From positions 1-64,000 of the forward strand of contig JBBRRY010000014.1 in assembly GCA_038245905.1 (NCBI GenBank): DNA of 64,000 nt, in the 5' to 3' direction. Within the stretch, counting starts at the first letter, position 1, and each line of letters begins with the position of its first letter. Origin of the DNA: Thermoanaerobaculia bacterium (lineage in GTDB: Bacteria > Acidobacteriota > Thermoanaerobaculia > UBA5066). The notes under the pieces are model-generated. The model was not told the DNA's origin, made no database searches, and saw only the letters and a program-made list of their open reading frames with translations. Positions 40,785 through 53,060 of the stretch are shown here, one piece after another. The translations under genes and the position numbers were made by a program.

Positions 40785-41788
40785 GCGAATTCCTCCGTCC
40801 CGTCGGAGAGGCCGGCCGCCGCGAGAAGGGTCCGGCGGACGACGGCCGCGACCATCGGGAGCTTGTACGCGTTCTTTTCGAGAGGGGTCGCGCCGTCGAG
40901 CGCGGCCTGTCCGGCCTGCGCCGCGAGCGCCGCGTCGATTCTCTTGCCCTCGACGAGCGCCTCGGCCGCCTTCGCGCGGAACGGGACGGGCGCCGCGGAA
41001 CCGATCACGATTCGGACGTCCTTCGCGACGCCGCCCGCGTCGCGGTATGCGACCGCCGCGTCCGCAAGCGGCCAGTCGAACGACTGCTTCTGCTTAATTT
41101 TCCGGTATGCCGAACGCAGGCCTTGCGCCTTGTCGACGTGGATCTCCACAATCAGCTCGCCGGGCTTGAGCGCGTTCTCCGAGAAGATATCGACCTCTGG
41201 TCGCACGAAGAAGTCCGCGGCAGGGATCGTGCGCCCGCCGCCTGCCGCGAGCGTCTCGATCCGCGCGTTCAGGGCGAGGAGAGCGACGCCGGCCGCCGAA
41301 GGGTGGACGATCGCGCACGTGTTATTCCCGAAGACGGCATGGAATTCGTTCTCGCCGGATTTCGCGAGGCACTCGACGCCGCCCTTCTTGAGGCACTGGA
41401 ACTCCGACGAGCGGAAGTACCAGCAGCGCGGGCGCTGGCAGAGGTTCCCCGCGAGCGTCGCCGCGTTGCGGATCTGCGGCGTCGCGGCGCCGAGGCAGGC
41501 GTCCGCGAGGGCGGGGAATTCGGACTTCAGGCCCTCCGCAATCGCACTCAATGTCACCAACGCGCCGATTGAGACGGCGCCGGAAGATTTTCTTTGAATG
41601 GAAGAATGGGACGTCAGCCGCCTCAGGTCCACGACCTGGTCCGGTGCCAGGTTGTACTCCTTCAGTCGGTCGAGGAGCTCCGTTCCCGCTCCCTTACCTT
41701 CAGAAGAAATCTTCTCTTTCTTCGCCTTGGCGAGGAGGCCGACCGCCTCCTCCCAGGACTTCGGCTGCAACCTTTCGAAGCTCTTCAC
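40781..41788 (-). CDS. Xanthine dehydrogenase family FAD-binding subunit (PaoB-like, with 4Fe-4S insert)
   Basis: AGTELL, IGALVT, TPQIRNAATLAGNLCQRPRCWYFR..CLKKGG.EC..CAIVHPS; GTGA overlap. Confidence 0.88.
   Translation of the reverse strand: MKSFERLQPKSWEEAVGLLAKAKKEKISSEGKGAGTELLDRLKEYNLAPDQVVDLRRLTSHSSIQRKSSGAVSIGALVTLSAIAEGLKSEFPALADACLGAATPQIRNAATLAGNLCQRPRCWYFRSSEFQCLKKGGVECLAKSGENEFHAVFGNNTCAIVHPSAAGVALLALNARIETLAAGGGRTIPAADFFVRPEVDIFSENALKPGELIVEIHVDKAQGLRSAYRKIKQKQSFDWPLADAAVAYRDAGGVAKDVRIVIGSAAPVPFRAKAAEALVEGKRIDAALAAQAGQAALDGATPLEKNAYKLPMVAAVVRRTLLAAAGLSDGTEEFA
41586..41711. repeat. Dispersed motif, convergent pair in the FAD subunit gene
   Basis: + GATTTTCTTTGAATGG 41586-41601; - CCTTCAGAAGAAATC 41697-41711 followed by CT-rich tract. 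Confidence 0.6.
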
Positions 41789-44142
41789 GCCCTCACCTCC
41801 CGCTTCGGGACCTTCCCGAGCGCATCGAGGATCCTTGCTGGCGTGATCGGGAGTGCCGTCGGCCGGATGCCTGTGGCGTGCGCGATCGCGTTGGCGACCG
41901 CGGCAGCCGTCGGCACCGTCGCGGGCTCGCCGATGCCGCGCGCGTGCGCGTTGTTCTTTCCCGGGTAAAAGTCCACGAGGAGCGGGACGATCTCCGGCGC
42001 GTCCTTGCTCCCGAGGACCTTGTAGAACTCGACGTTCGGGTTCAGCACGCGGCCGGAGCGCTCGTCCACGATGCGCTCCTCGAAGAGTGCGTAGCTGATT
42101 CCCTGAAGAATCCCGCCGCGGATCTGGCTCTCGACGCCCGTCTTCCACACGGGCTGGCCGCAGTCGTGGACCGCGACGACCTTCTTCACGGCGACGACGC
42201 CGGTCTCGACGTCCACGACGACCTCGGCGAACTGCGCTCCGAAGATCCGGGTGTCGCTTCCGTCGTAGTCCTTCGCGCGGTCGCCCGTCGCGACGAGCGT
42301 CTCGCCGGGCAGGCGCGAGCACACCTTCCTGAATTCCGCGGTCTTGCCCTTCGCGGAAAAGACGCCGTTCGCGAGCGCGACCTCGGACGCGGGCGCGCCG
42401 AGGAGGTTCGAGGCGACGTCGAGGAGCTTCTCGCGCGCGTGAACCGCGGCGGCGCGGACGGCCGGAATGAGGGACCCGGTCGTGACGGAGCCGCCGGAGG
42501 CGGGCCCGAACGGAAAGCGCGAATCGCCGATCTTCACGCGGAGGCTCTCCACGGGCAGACTCAGCTCCTCGGCGACGACCATCGCGATCGGGTTGCGCAC
42601 GCCGCCCCCGATGTCCTGGACGCCGTTCTCGACCTCGACGCTCCCGTCGCGGTGGATCCGGACGAGGACCTGCGAGCCGGGCGCGACGAACGTGTACCAG
42701 AGGGACGCGGCGCAGCCGAGGCCGCGGCGGAGCGGGCTTCCCGCGGCCGCGGCGGCGGCGTTCGCCTTCGTGATCTCGGCCCGCCGGGACCAGCCGAACT
42801 CCTTCGCTCCGATTTCCCACTCGGCGCGCCGGACCTCGGAGGGGTCGTTCTGGAGCCGGAGCGCGAGCGGGTCCATCCCGAGCTTGTCGGCAAGCGCTTC
42901 GAGCGCCGTCTCGACCGCGAAGCAGCCCTGCGGGTGGCCGGGTGCGCGCATCGCGCAGCCGGGGCCGAGGTGCGTGAAGACGTCCGACTCAGCGACCTTC
43001 ACGGCCGGAAATCCGTACGCGGACTTCACGAATCCGCCCGTGCCCGTTCCCGTCGCGACACCGGCGGTGCCGAAGGACTCGTAGTCGGCGGCCGTCACGG
43101 TCCCGTCCTTCCGGTAGCCGAGCTTCACGCGGTTCCACGAGTCGGGGCGGTTTCCGGACGACAGCTGATCCTCCTTGCGGTCGAGGACCATGAGGACCGG
43201 CTTGCCGGCCTTCTTTGCGAGCTTCGCCGTGAAGACGCCGTAGTCGCGCGCGCCGAACTTCGAGCCGAAGCCGCCGCCCGCGAACTCGGCGCGGACGATG
43301 ACCTTGTCCTTCGCAAGCTTGAACACCTCGCTAAGCTCGTCCCGCACGCTGAACGTTCCCTGGGTCGACGCTGTGACCTCGAGCGTGTCGCCGACCCACT
43401 CGGCGAACATCGAGTGCGTTTCCATGCAGACGTGCGTCTGGACGGACGTCGTCGTCACGACCTCGAGCGTCCCGTCCGCCTCGGCGAAGCCCTTGTCGAC
43501 GCCGCCGTTTTCGCCCTTGAGCGAGTTCTTCGGCCCGCGGACGTTGCCGGTCTGCGGAAGGACGGCCGCGGCGCCGGGCTCGTCGCCCGCGCTGCGCTTC
43601 TCCTCGACGGGCTTCTGGAAAACGAGGGGCGAGCCCTCCTTCCGGGCGGCCGCGAGGTTCACGGTGTGCGGGAGGACGTCGTAGGCGATCTTGACGGCGC
43701 GAAGGGCGCCTTCCGCGGCCGCGGGCGTCGGCGCGGCGAGGGCGAGGATCGCTTCGCCGTGATACCGGACAATGGTCTTTTTCGGGTTCTCGATGACGAC
43801 GCCGGGGACTCGTTCGGCCTGAGAGGTGTCGATCGAGAGGATCTTTGCGTGGGCGTGGGGCGAGCGGACGATTCGCGCGTGAAGCATCCCCGGCTTCCGC
43901 ACGTCGTGCGTGTAGACGGCGCGGCCCGTGACCTTGATCGGGCCATCGAGTCGCGGGCGGCGGCGCCCCGTCACGGGCCGAGGCCCGACCGGATAGGGCG
44001 CTGGGTCGCCAGGAGGAAGAGAGATTTTCTTAGAAAGTGTGTGGCCAGCGAGCCCGATCTCGACCGTCACTGTGGCTCCCGCTGCCCCTGGCACCTTCAA
44101 AGAAGTCTTTTCTTTCTCTTTCTCTTTTTTCTCCTCAGCCAT
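41785..44142 (-). CDS. Xanthine dehydrogenase family molybdopterin-binding subunit (PaoC-like)
   Basis: KVTGRAVYTHD, RSPHAHA, GGGFGSK, MRAPG, SQIRGG, RGIGE. Confidence 0.92.
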   Translation of the reverse strand: MAEEKKEKEKEKTSLKVPGAAGATVTVEIGLAGHTLSKKISLPPGDPAPYPVGPRPVTGRRRPRLDGPIKVTGRAVYTHDVRKPGMLHARIVRSPHAHAKILSIDTSQAERVPGVVIENPKKTIVRYHGEAILALAAPTPAAAEGALRAVKIAYDVLPHTVNLAAARKEGSPLVFQKPVEEKRSAGDEPGAAAVLPQTGNVRGPKNSLKGENGGVDKGFAEADGTLEVVTTTSVQTHVCMETHSMFAEWVGDTLEVTASTQGTFSVRDELSEVFKLAKDKVIVRAEFAGGGFGSKFGARDYGVFTAKLAKKAGKPVLMVLDRKEDQLSSGNRPDSWNRVKLGYRKDGTVTAADYESFGTAGVATGTGTGGFVKSAYGFPAVKVAESDVFTHLGPGCAMRAPGHPQGCFAVETALEALADKLGMDPLALRLQNDPSEVRRAEWEIGAKEFGWSRRAEITKANAAAAAAGSPLRRGLGCAASLWYTFVAPGSQVLVRIHRDGSVEVENGVQDIGGGVRNPIAMVVAEELSLPVESLRVKIGDSRFPFGPASGGSVTTGSLIPAVRAAAVHAREKLLDVASNLLGAPASEVALANGVFSAKGKTAEFRKVCSRLPGETLVATGDRAKDYDGSDTRIFGAQFAEVVVDVETGVVAVKKVVAVHDCGQPVWKTGVESQIRGGILQGISYALFEERIVDERSGRVLNPNVEFYKVLGSKDAPEIVPLLVDFYPGKNNAHARGIGEPATVPTAAAVANAIAHATGIRPTALPITPARILDALGKVPKREVRA
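44023..44107. repeat. Dispersed motif, convergent pair at the 5' end of the Mo subunit gene
   Basis: + GATTTTCTTAGAAAG 44023-44037; - CCTTCAAAGAAGTC 44094-44107 followed by about 30 nt of pure C/T. Confidence 0.65.
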
Positions 44143-44761
44143 GTTTCACCTCCGCCTTCGCGGCCGCGTCGCACGCGGCGAAGACGCCTCCGTACGTCCC
44201 GCACCGGCAGAGGTTGCCGGCCACTGCCTCCTTCACATCGTGCGCGGTCGGGTGGGCGTTCTTCGCGAGGAGCCCGGTGCAGGAGACGACCATCCCGGGT
44301 GTGCAGAAGCCGCACTGGAGCGCGTCCGCGTCGACGAAGGCTCTCTGAATCGGGGACATGGCGTCGGGGGAGCCGAGACCTTCGATCGTCGTGACCTTCC
44401 GCCCGTCCGCGTCGTGGACCAGCGTGAGACAGGAGTTCACGGCGAGGCCGTCGAGAAGGACCGTGCAGGCGCCGCAGGCGCCGCGGTCGCATCCGATCTT
44501 CGTGCCCGTCATCCCCCACGAATCGCGCAGCGCCTCGGCCAGTGTCGTGCGAGGCTCGAACAGGCCCTTCTTCACGGCGCCGTTCAGCGTGATGCTGACG
44601 GGCAGCCCGCCGCCCGCGAAGGTTGCGGCCTTCGCGCGCTCTTCGGCGAGCACGGCGGCCCCCGCGGTGGCGGAGGCGACGGCGGTCGTCGCAAGGCCCT
44701 TGATGAGTCCGCGGCGGGTGAATCCGCCCGTGCCGTCCCGATGGTCTCTCTCGTCGGCCAT
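44135..44761 (-). CDS. 2x[2Fe-2S] subunit with Tat signal (PaoA-like)
   Basis: FTRRGLIK twin-arginine leader; GCDRGACGACTV..C, QCGFC, CRCG; GGAGG SD before ATG 44761. Confidence 0.9.
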   Translation of the reverse strand: MADERDHRDGTGGFTRRGLIKGLATTAVASATAGAAVLAEERAKAATFAGGGLPVSITLNGAVKKGLFEPRTTLAEALRDSWGMTGTKIGCDRGACGACTVLLDGLAVNSCLTLVHDADGRKVTTIEGLGSPDAMSPIQRAFVDADALQCGFCTPGMVVSCTGLLAKNAHPTAHDVKEAVAGNLCRCGTYGGVFAACDAAAKAEVKHG

Positions 44762-44883
44762 GACCCCTCCTGAAGCAGTGGGGACTATACCGCCGTCCCG
44801 CGGAGAATCCGTCGCGTCCGTTGACGGCAAGTGCCTGAAAAGCCTATCCTTGCCGCTATTCCGGAGTGATCGGGAGGGCCTCG

Positions 44884-46062
44884 ATGCACATCAACGACCT
44901 GCTCAAGATCTCGGTCGAGCGGAAGGCGTCCGACCTCCACCTGAAGGTGGGTGCGCACCCGATCATTCGGGTGGATGGCGAGCTGATTCCTCTCGTGGAC
45001 CTCAAGCGCCTCATGCAGGAAGACACGATCGCGATGGCGTTCTCGATCATGTCTTCCCGGCAGAAGGAAAAGTTCAAGAACAACTTCGAGATCGACATCG
45101 CATACTCGGTGCCGGGCCTCGGGCGATTTCGCTGCAACATCTTCCAGCAGCGAGGCACGGTCGGAATGGTCTGCCGCGTAATCCCGGCCCGCATCCTCAC
45201 GATCCGCGACCTCCTGCTCCCGCCCATCCTGGAGCGGATCTGCGAGGAGACGCGCGGCCTCATCCTCGTGACAGGCACGACGGGCTCGGGCAAGTCCACG
45301 TCGCTCGCGGCCATGATCGACCAGATCAACTCCTCGCGAGCCGAGCACATCATGACGATCGAGGACCCGGTCGAATTTCTCCATCGGGACAAGAAATCGA
45401 TCATCAACCAGCGCGAGCTCGAGGTCGACACGCGCTCGTTCGCGTCGGCCATCCGGGCGGCCCTCCGGCAGGATCCCGACGTCATTCTCGTGGGCGAGAT
45501 GCGCGACTTCGAGACCGTGGAGACAGCGCTCGTGGCGGCCGAGACCGGCCACCTCGTCATGTCGACCCTCCATACGATGGACGCGACGGAGACGGTCAAC
45601 CGCATCATCTCGGTCTTTCCGCCGCACCAGCAGAAGCAGATCCGTCTGCAGCTTGCGGCCGTCATCAAGGCCGTCTGCTCGATGCGGCTTCTCCCGCGCG
45701 CGGACGGTCTCGGGCGCGTGCCGGCCGTCGAGGTCCTGATCGCGACGAACTACATCCGCGATTGCATCGAGAACAAGGAAAAGACGAAGTACATCCACGA
45801 CGCCATCAAGGCCGGCACCTCGCAGTACGGGATGCAGACGTTCGACCAGTCGCTTTTCCAGCTCTACAAGACAGGTCTCATCACGCTGGAAGAGGCGGTC
45901 CGCCGCTCGAGCAACCCGAACGAGTTCAAGCTCAAGATCCAGGGCATCCAGTCCACGTCGGACATGGCGAACGAGCAGATGGAGGCATCTCTCGAGTCGC
46001 CGGACGCCATGAATCCGCAGGACACGGCGTCGCCCTTCGACTTCTCGAACCAGCCCGGCTGA
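44884..46062 (+). CDS. pilT: Type IV pilus retraction ATPase PilT/PilU family
   Basis: ASDLHL, GTTGSGKST, TIEDPVE, ALRQDPDVILVGEMRD, AETGHLVMSTLHT, GMQTFDQ. Confidence 0.9.
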   Translation: MHINDLLKISVERKASDLHLKVGAHPIIRVDGELIPLVDLKRLMQEDTIAMAFSIMSSRQKEKFKNNFEIDIAYSVPGLGRFRCNIFQQRGTVGMVCRVIPARILTIRDLLLPPILERICEETRGLILVTGTTGSGKSTSLAAMIDQINSSRAEHIMTIEDPVEFLHRDKKSIINQRELEVDTRSFASAIRAALRQDPDVILVGEMRDFETVETALVAAETGHLVMSTLHTMDATETVNRIISVFPPHQQKQIRLQLAAVIKAVCSMRLLPRADGLGRVPAVEVLIATNYIRDCIENKEKTKYIHDAIKAGTSQYGMQTFDQSLFQLYKTGLITLEEAVRRSSNPNEFKLKIQGIQSTSDMANEQMEASLESPDAMNPQDTASPFDFSNQPG

Positions 46063-46068
46063 CCCGAA

Positions 46069-46519
46069 TTGGACGCCTCGAGCGCCGCGCTGGCCGCCCT
46101 GGCCCGGCGCGCGCACACACGACGCGAGCTCGAGCAGAAGCTCGGTCGCAAGGGTTTCGACCGCGCGGAGATCAGGATTCTGCTCGACGACTTCGAAGAG
46201 CATGGCCTGCTGAACGACGCGAAGACGGCCACCGCACTCGCGGCGTGGCGCCTCCGGACCGGGCGGGGGCGCAGCCGCATCGCGTCCGAGCTGGCGGGGA
46301 AGGGCGTTTCCCGAGCGGACGTGGACGCGGCGCTCGCGTCTCTCGACCCTCGAGACGAGGCGGAGGCCCTGCGGGCGGCCCTCGAGAGGCGCGGACGCGC
46401 CCTCCCGGCCGGATTGACGCGGCAGGCCCGGTCGAAGAAACTGTTCGACCACCTCGTGAGGCGCGGGTTCGCCCCCGCCGCCATCCTCGAGGCGCTGCAC
46501 AGGAAAGGCGATTCCACGG

Positions 46520-46533
<14 letters not shown>
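46069..46533 (+). CDS. recX: Regulatory protein RecX
   Basis: LARRAHTRRELEQKL, GLLND, RIASELAGKG, LVRRGF; typical position before alaS. Confidence 0.85.
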
Positions 46534-49261
<2,728 letters not shown>

Positions 49262-49281
49262 GCCCCTGTATCCCTCTGGTT

Positions 49282-49287
49282 TATAAT
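49282..49287 (+). promoter_or_regulatory. Consensus -10 box 9 nt before the lytic transglycosylase start
   Basis: TATAAT in an AT-rich intergenic patch; ATG at 49297. Confidence 0.55.
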
Positions 49288-49296
49288 ATTAGGGCG

Positions 49297-50040
49297 ATGC
49301 CGTCTCTCAGGATTGGTCTGGCGCGGGTGTCGGTTGCGGCTTTGCTCGCGGCGTCGAATGGGCTCCACGCGGACGTCCATCTCGTGCGGCAGGCGAACGG
49401 TTCGGCGCTGATCTTCAACGACAGCGTTGGCAGCGGCTGGCGCGTGAACGGCGGCGTCCCCTCGGACAGCTACCTCGTCTCGCGCCGGAGCACGCCGACC
49501 CCTTACGATACGGCGATCGAGAGCGAGGCCCGGGCGGCGGGCGTCGATGCGGCTCTCGTCAAGAGCGTCATGCTCGTGGAGTCCAACTACAACCCGCGCG
49601 CGGTTTCCCGAAAGGGCGCCCGCGGCCTCATGCAGCTCATGCCGGAGACCGCCCGTCGCTTCGGGGTGTCGGACCGCCACGACGCGGGTCAGAGCATCCG
49701 GGCCGGCGTCCATTATCTGGCAACCCTCCTCGAACAATTCAAAGGCGATGTCTCGCTTGCGCTCGCGGGATACAACGCCGGCGAGGGCGCCGTTGCGCGG
49801 CACGCGGGCGTTCCGCCCTATCGCGAGACGCGCGAATACATCCGGCGGGTCCTCGTGGCGCGTCATGGCGAGGGAGCCGCGTCTCCCGCAATCGGGGGCG
49901 GATTCCGCGGGACGAAGACCGGCCCTGTCCTGCGCACGTCCTCGGTGCGCGTCTCGAACCAGAACGGAACCCGCGTGTTCTCGAATACGGCCGTGGAATT
50001 CGCGGAGCGACAGGCGCCGGCTCTCGGGCGCGTGCGCTGA
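49297..50040 (+). CDS. SLT-domain lytic transglycosylase
   Basis: Signal peptide; VESNYNPRAVSRKGARGLMQLMP, AGYNAGEG, PPYRETREY. Confidence 0.88.
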   Translation: MPSLRIGLARVSVAALLAASNGLHADVHLVRQANGSALIFNDSVGSGWRVNGGVPSDSYLVSRRSTPTPYDTAIESEARAAGVDAALVKSVMLVESNYNPRAVSRKGARGLMQLMPETARRFGVSDRHDAGQSIRAGVHYLATLLEQFKGDVSLALAGYNAGEGAVARHAGVPPYRETREYIRRVLVARHGEGAASPAIGGGFRGTKTGPVLRTSSVRVSNQNGTRVFSNTAVEFAERQAPALGRVR

Positions 50041-50055
50041 GGCGGCGGAGGCGGG

Positions 50056-51336
50056 ATGACGTCTTCGCGGGGATCCGAGACGACGAGGGCCTTTCGGCCC
50101 GCCCCCTTCTTCGATCACGGGCTCTTCCTCCTCCATCTGAACCGCGGAAAGGAAGAGATGGCGCGTGGGTATCACGAAACGGCTCGGCGCGAGTTCGAGG
50201 AAGCGCGGCGGCTCCGGCCGCGCGACCCGGAAGTACTTCTGAATCTCTCGATTACGCTCTTTCATCTCGGACAGTTCGACGAGGCCGAGACGATGACGCG
50301 TGATCTCCTCGCCGAGCACGCGGAGTCGGTGCCGCTCCTGTTCAACCTCGGCCTCATCCTCTTCAAGTCGGGCCGGGACCGCGAGGCGCGCGAGCCTCTC
50401 GAGAAGGTGCTCGGATTCGCGCCGGCCCATCGGAAGGCCCATCTCACCCTCGGGCTCCTCGCGCAGCGGCGGGGCGCGTGGGACGAGGCCCAACGGCATT
50501 TCCGGATGGCGGGAGCCGAATTGAAAGACGGCTCTGAGGGCGACGACTCGGTCGCCCGGACGGCGCGCGCGGCGGCCGCGGAGGTGCGCATCGCGACCGC
50601 TACTCGGACGTCCGTGAACGACACACGGCCGAGTCCCGCCGTGGTCGTAAAGCCCGAGCCCCTGGACTCACTTACGGCGAGCGGAAAGCTCAAGCTTTCC
50701 TCGGGTGCGAGACCGCGACCGTCCGCGGCCGTTCTCGCGGGAATGGACAGCGCGGCCCACGCCGTGGCCCGGCCTCTCGGGCCTTTTTCTCCCAAGCCCG
50801 GCGGGTTTCTCTCCGTGATGTGCGGCGGCGGCGTGCGCGTGCGGCGCGGCATCGTCGTCGGGCGTTCCGGGGCGCCGATCCTCGATGTCGCACCCTCTCA
50901 GACACCCGACGGGCTCGACCGGATTCTCATTGGAGCGTCGGGGGACGGCGTTCTCCTCCTTGCGGATCCCGGCCGCGTGCCGTGGCTCAAGGCGCTCATG
51001 GGCGAGGCCCTCTCCGTGCATCCCGAGCGCCTCCTCGCCTTCGAAAGCTCCCTCGCGTGCCGCGCGGACGTGACACCGGACGCGGGCAGCCGGACGGCGC
51101 CGCCCTTCCTGAAGCTGGCGGGCAGCGGAGCCGTGGCGCTCGCCGTTTCGACCGAACCGGCCCGCTTCGAGGTTGAACGGGGGCAACCCCTCGCGATCGC
51201 CGCGCGCGCGGTCGTCGCGTACGGGGGCGAGGTCGTGCCGGAGCTTCTCGAGGACTCGGATCCGCTCTCCCGTCTCGGAGCGGGCGCATCGATGCGCTTC
51301 ACCGGGACCGGGTTCGTTCTCGCGGACGCGCGCTGA
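50056..51336 (+). CDS. TPR protein with C-terminal AIM24-like domain
   Basis: N-terminal TPRs; C-terminal GDGVLLLA, LLAFE, LAGSGAVAL, FTGTGFVL motifs. Confidence 0.6.
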   Translation: MTSSRGSETTRAFRPAPFFDHGLFLLHLNRGKEEMARGYHETARREFEEARRLRPRDPEVLLNLSITLFHLGQFDEAETMTRDLLAEHAESVPLLFNLGLILFKSGRDREAREPLEKVLGFAPAHRKAHLTLGLLAQRRGAWDEAQRHFRMAGAELKDGSEGDDSVARTARAAAAEVRIATATRTSVNDTRPSPAVVVKPEPLDSLTASGKLKLSSGARPRPSAAVLAGMDSAAHAVARPLGPFSPKPGGFLSVMCGGGVRVRRGIVVGRSGAPILDVAPSQTPDGLDRILIGASGDGVLLLADPGRVPWLKALMGEALSVHPERLLAFESSLACRADVTPDAGSRTAPPFLKLAGSGAVALAVSTEPARFEVERGQPLAIAARAVVAYGGEVVPELLEDSDPLSRLGAGASMRFTGTGFVLADAR

Positions 51337-51340
51337 ACCT

Positions 51341-52340
51341 CTAGGGTCCGCTTTTCCAGGGATCCGAGAAGAGGGGATTCTCGAGAAACGACGTGTCCGT
51401 GAGGCTCTCGAGGAACGACACGAGATCGCTCTTTTCACCCGGCGTGATCGCGAAGCCTCGGACGAGAGGGCTGCGAGTCGGGGAGGGAAGTCCCCCCGAG
51501 GCGTAGTGGTCGATCACGGACTCGAGTGTGCCGAATCGGCCGTCGTGCATGTACGGCGCCGTGACGGCGACGTTTCGAAGCGTCGGCGTGCGGAAGTGTT
51601 CGCCGAGGCCGTTGTCCTCGAAGGCGGGAACCGGCGGCGGCCCTCCCTCCCAGACGACCGGACCTCCGAAGGTGAAGCCCCCGTGACACGTCGAGCACCC
51701 AAGATCCTTCGAGAAGAAGAGAGCCATGCCCCGGCGCGCGGGGGGAGAAAGGGCGTCACGCTGGTCATTCCACAGGAGGCGATCGTAGGGGGACCGGCCC
51801 GAGATGATGGTCCTCTCGAACGACGCAATCGCTCTTTGAACGTTCCCGAGACTCACGGGCGCCTTTTCGTGGGGAAAGGCTTCGGAGAAGAGCTTCGAGT
51901 ACAGAGGATCGGCGCCGAGGCGCCCGGTGACCTCCGTTTCGCGGCCTCCTAGGTTCATCTCCCTGGGTGTTTTCCCGAGAAGCGGGACCAGCATCTGCTC
52001 CTCGAGCCTCCGCTGGCCCGCGTCGATCCAGGTCAGCGACGCTCCGTACGCCACGTTTGCGAGGCTCATCGCGCTCCTCGGGTGGGCCTCGCCGGTGGAA
52101 CCGAGAGAGCGCGCGCGGCCGTCCGTGAAGGCGCGCTTCTGCTGGTGGCACGAAGCGCACGCCTGAGTCCCGTTCCCGGAAAGCCTCACGTCGTAGAAGA
52201 GCCGGCGTCCGAGAGCGACCTTCTCCGCGGTGATGGGATTGTCTTCAGGAACGCGCGGCGGGGGAAATCCCGGTGGGAGCCGCCAGGAGTATCCCGCCGC
52301 CGCGAGAAGGAGGACCGTTGCGAAGGGGAAGGCCGTGACG
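51341..52340 (-). CDS. Di-heme cytochrome c peroxidase/MauG superfamily enzyme (MbnH-like); start codon unresolved
   Basis: CASCH and CSTCH heme motifs, FRTPTLRNVAVTAPYMHDG; frame stays open upstream of GTG 52189 as ..VLLLAAAGYSWRLPPGFPPPRVPEDNPITAEKVALGRRLFYD. Confidence 0.8.
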
Positions 52341-53021
52341 CTACCAGCGCGCGGGAGCGTTCGGGTCCGTGAGCGACGAGGTCTGCGAGGCGAGCTGCTT
52401 CCGTTCGGCTACCCACTTCCCGAAATCCTGCAGCGCCGCCGGATCGACGCCGGCGGGATCGGCCTGCCTCTTTTCGACGTAGTTCTGCATCGCGGCGGCG
52501 AGCTCGTCGGCGCGCTTGCGGTCCGCGCTGAAGAGGGTCATGTACGCGGACTTCGCCTCGTCGAGCTTGTTGAGACCGAGATAGGCCTCGGCGCGATATT
52601 CGATCGCGGGCGTGTAGGTCTTCTCGAGCGCGAGCGCCTTGTCGTAGGCCTCGAGCGCCACCGGGAAGTTGCCGGTCTTCCGGTACCCGTATCCGAGGCT
52701 GCCCCATGCCTGGAACATCTGCGCGTTCCTCGCGACCGCCTTGAGGAATTTTTTGATCGATGATTCGTGAGCGCTCTTGCTCTTCTCGAGCAGCTTCGCC
52801 TTCTTCGCCGCGTCGCTTTCGGCCGACGCTTCGGTTTCGTACTTGTCCGCCTTGTCGCGATAGGAGATTCCGTCGTTGTAGTACTCGACCGCTTCCTGCT
52901 CGGGGGACGGAGTCGGGGCCTGGACGCGCGGCATCGACGAACTGCCGGATGCGGCGGCGACCCCGGGGACGACGAGCGCTGTCAGGGAAAGGGCGAGGGC
53001 GATTGCCGGGGTCTTGCGCAT
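52341..53021 (-). CDS. Secreted TPR protein
   Basis: Signal peptide; AWGSLGYGYRKTG..YDKALAL..AIEYRAEAYL. Confidence 0.75.
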   Translation of the reverse strand: MRKTPAIALALSLTALVVPGVAAASGSSSMPRVQAPTPSPEQEAVEYYNDGISYRDKADKYETEASAESDAAKKAKLLEKSKSAHESSIKKFLKAVARNAQMFQAWGSLGYGYRKTGNFPVALEAYDKALALEKTYTPAIEYRAEAYLGLNKLDEAKSAYMTLFSADRKRADELAAAMQNYVEKRQADPAGVDPAALQDFGKWVAERKQLASQTSSLTDPNAPARW

Positions 53022-53060
53022 GGGATCTCCTAGCGGCGGGAACGATACCGCGACCGAGTC

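Noticed and set aside
40781-42820. 679-aa ORF as listed in the track
   Set aside because: The upstream half overlaps the Mo subunit in another frame; the FAD subunit starts at GTG 41788.
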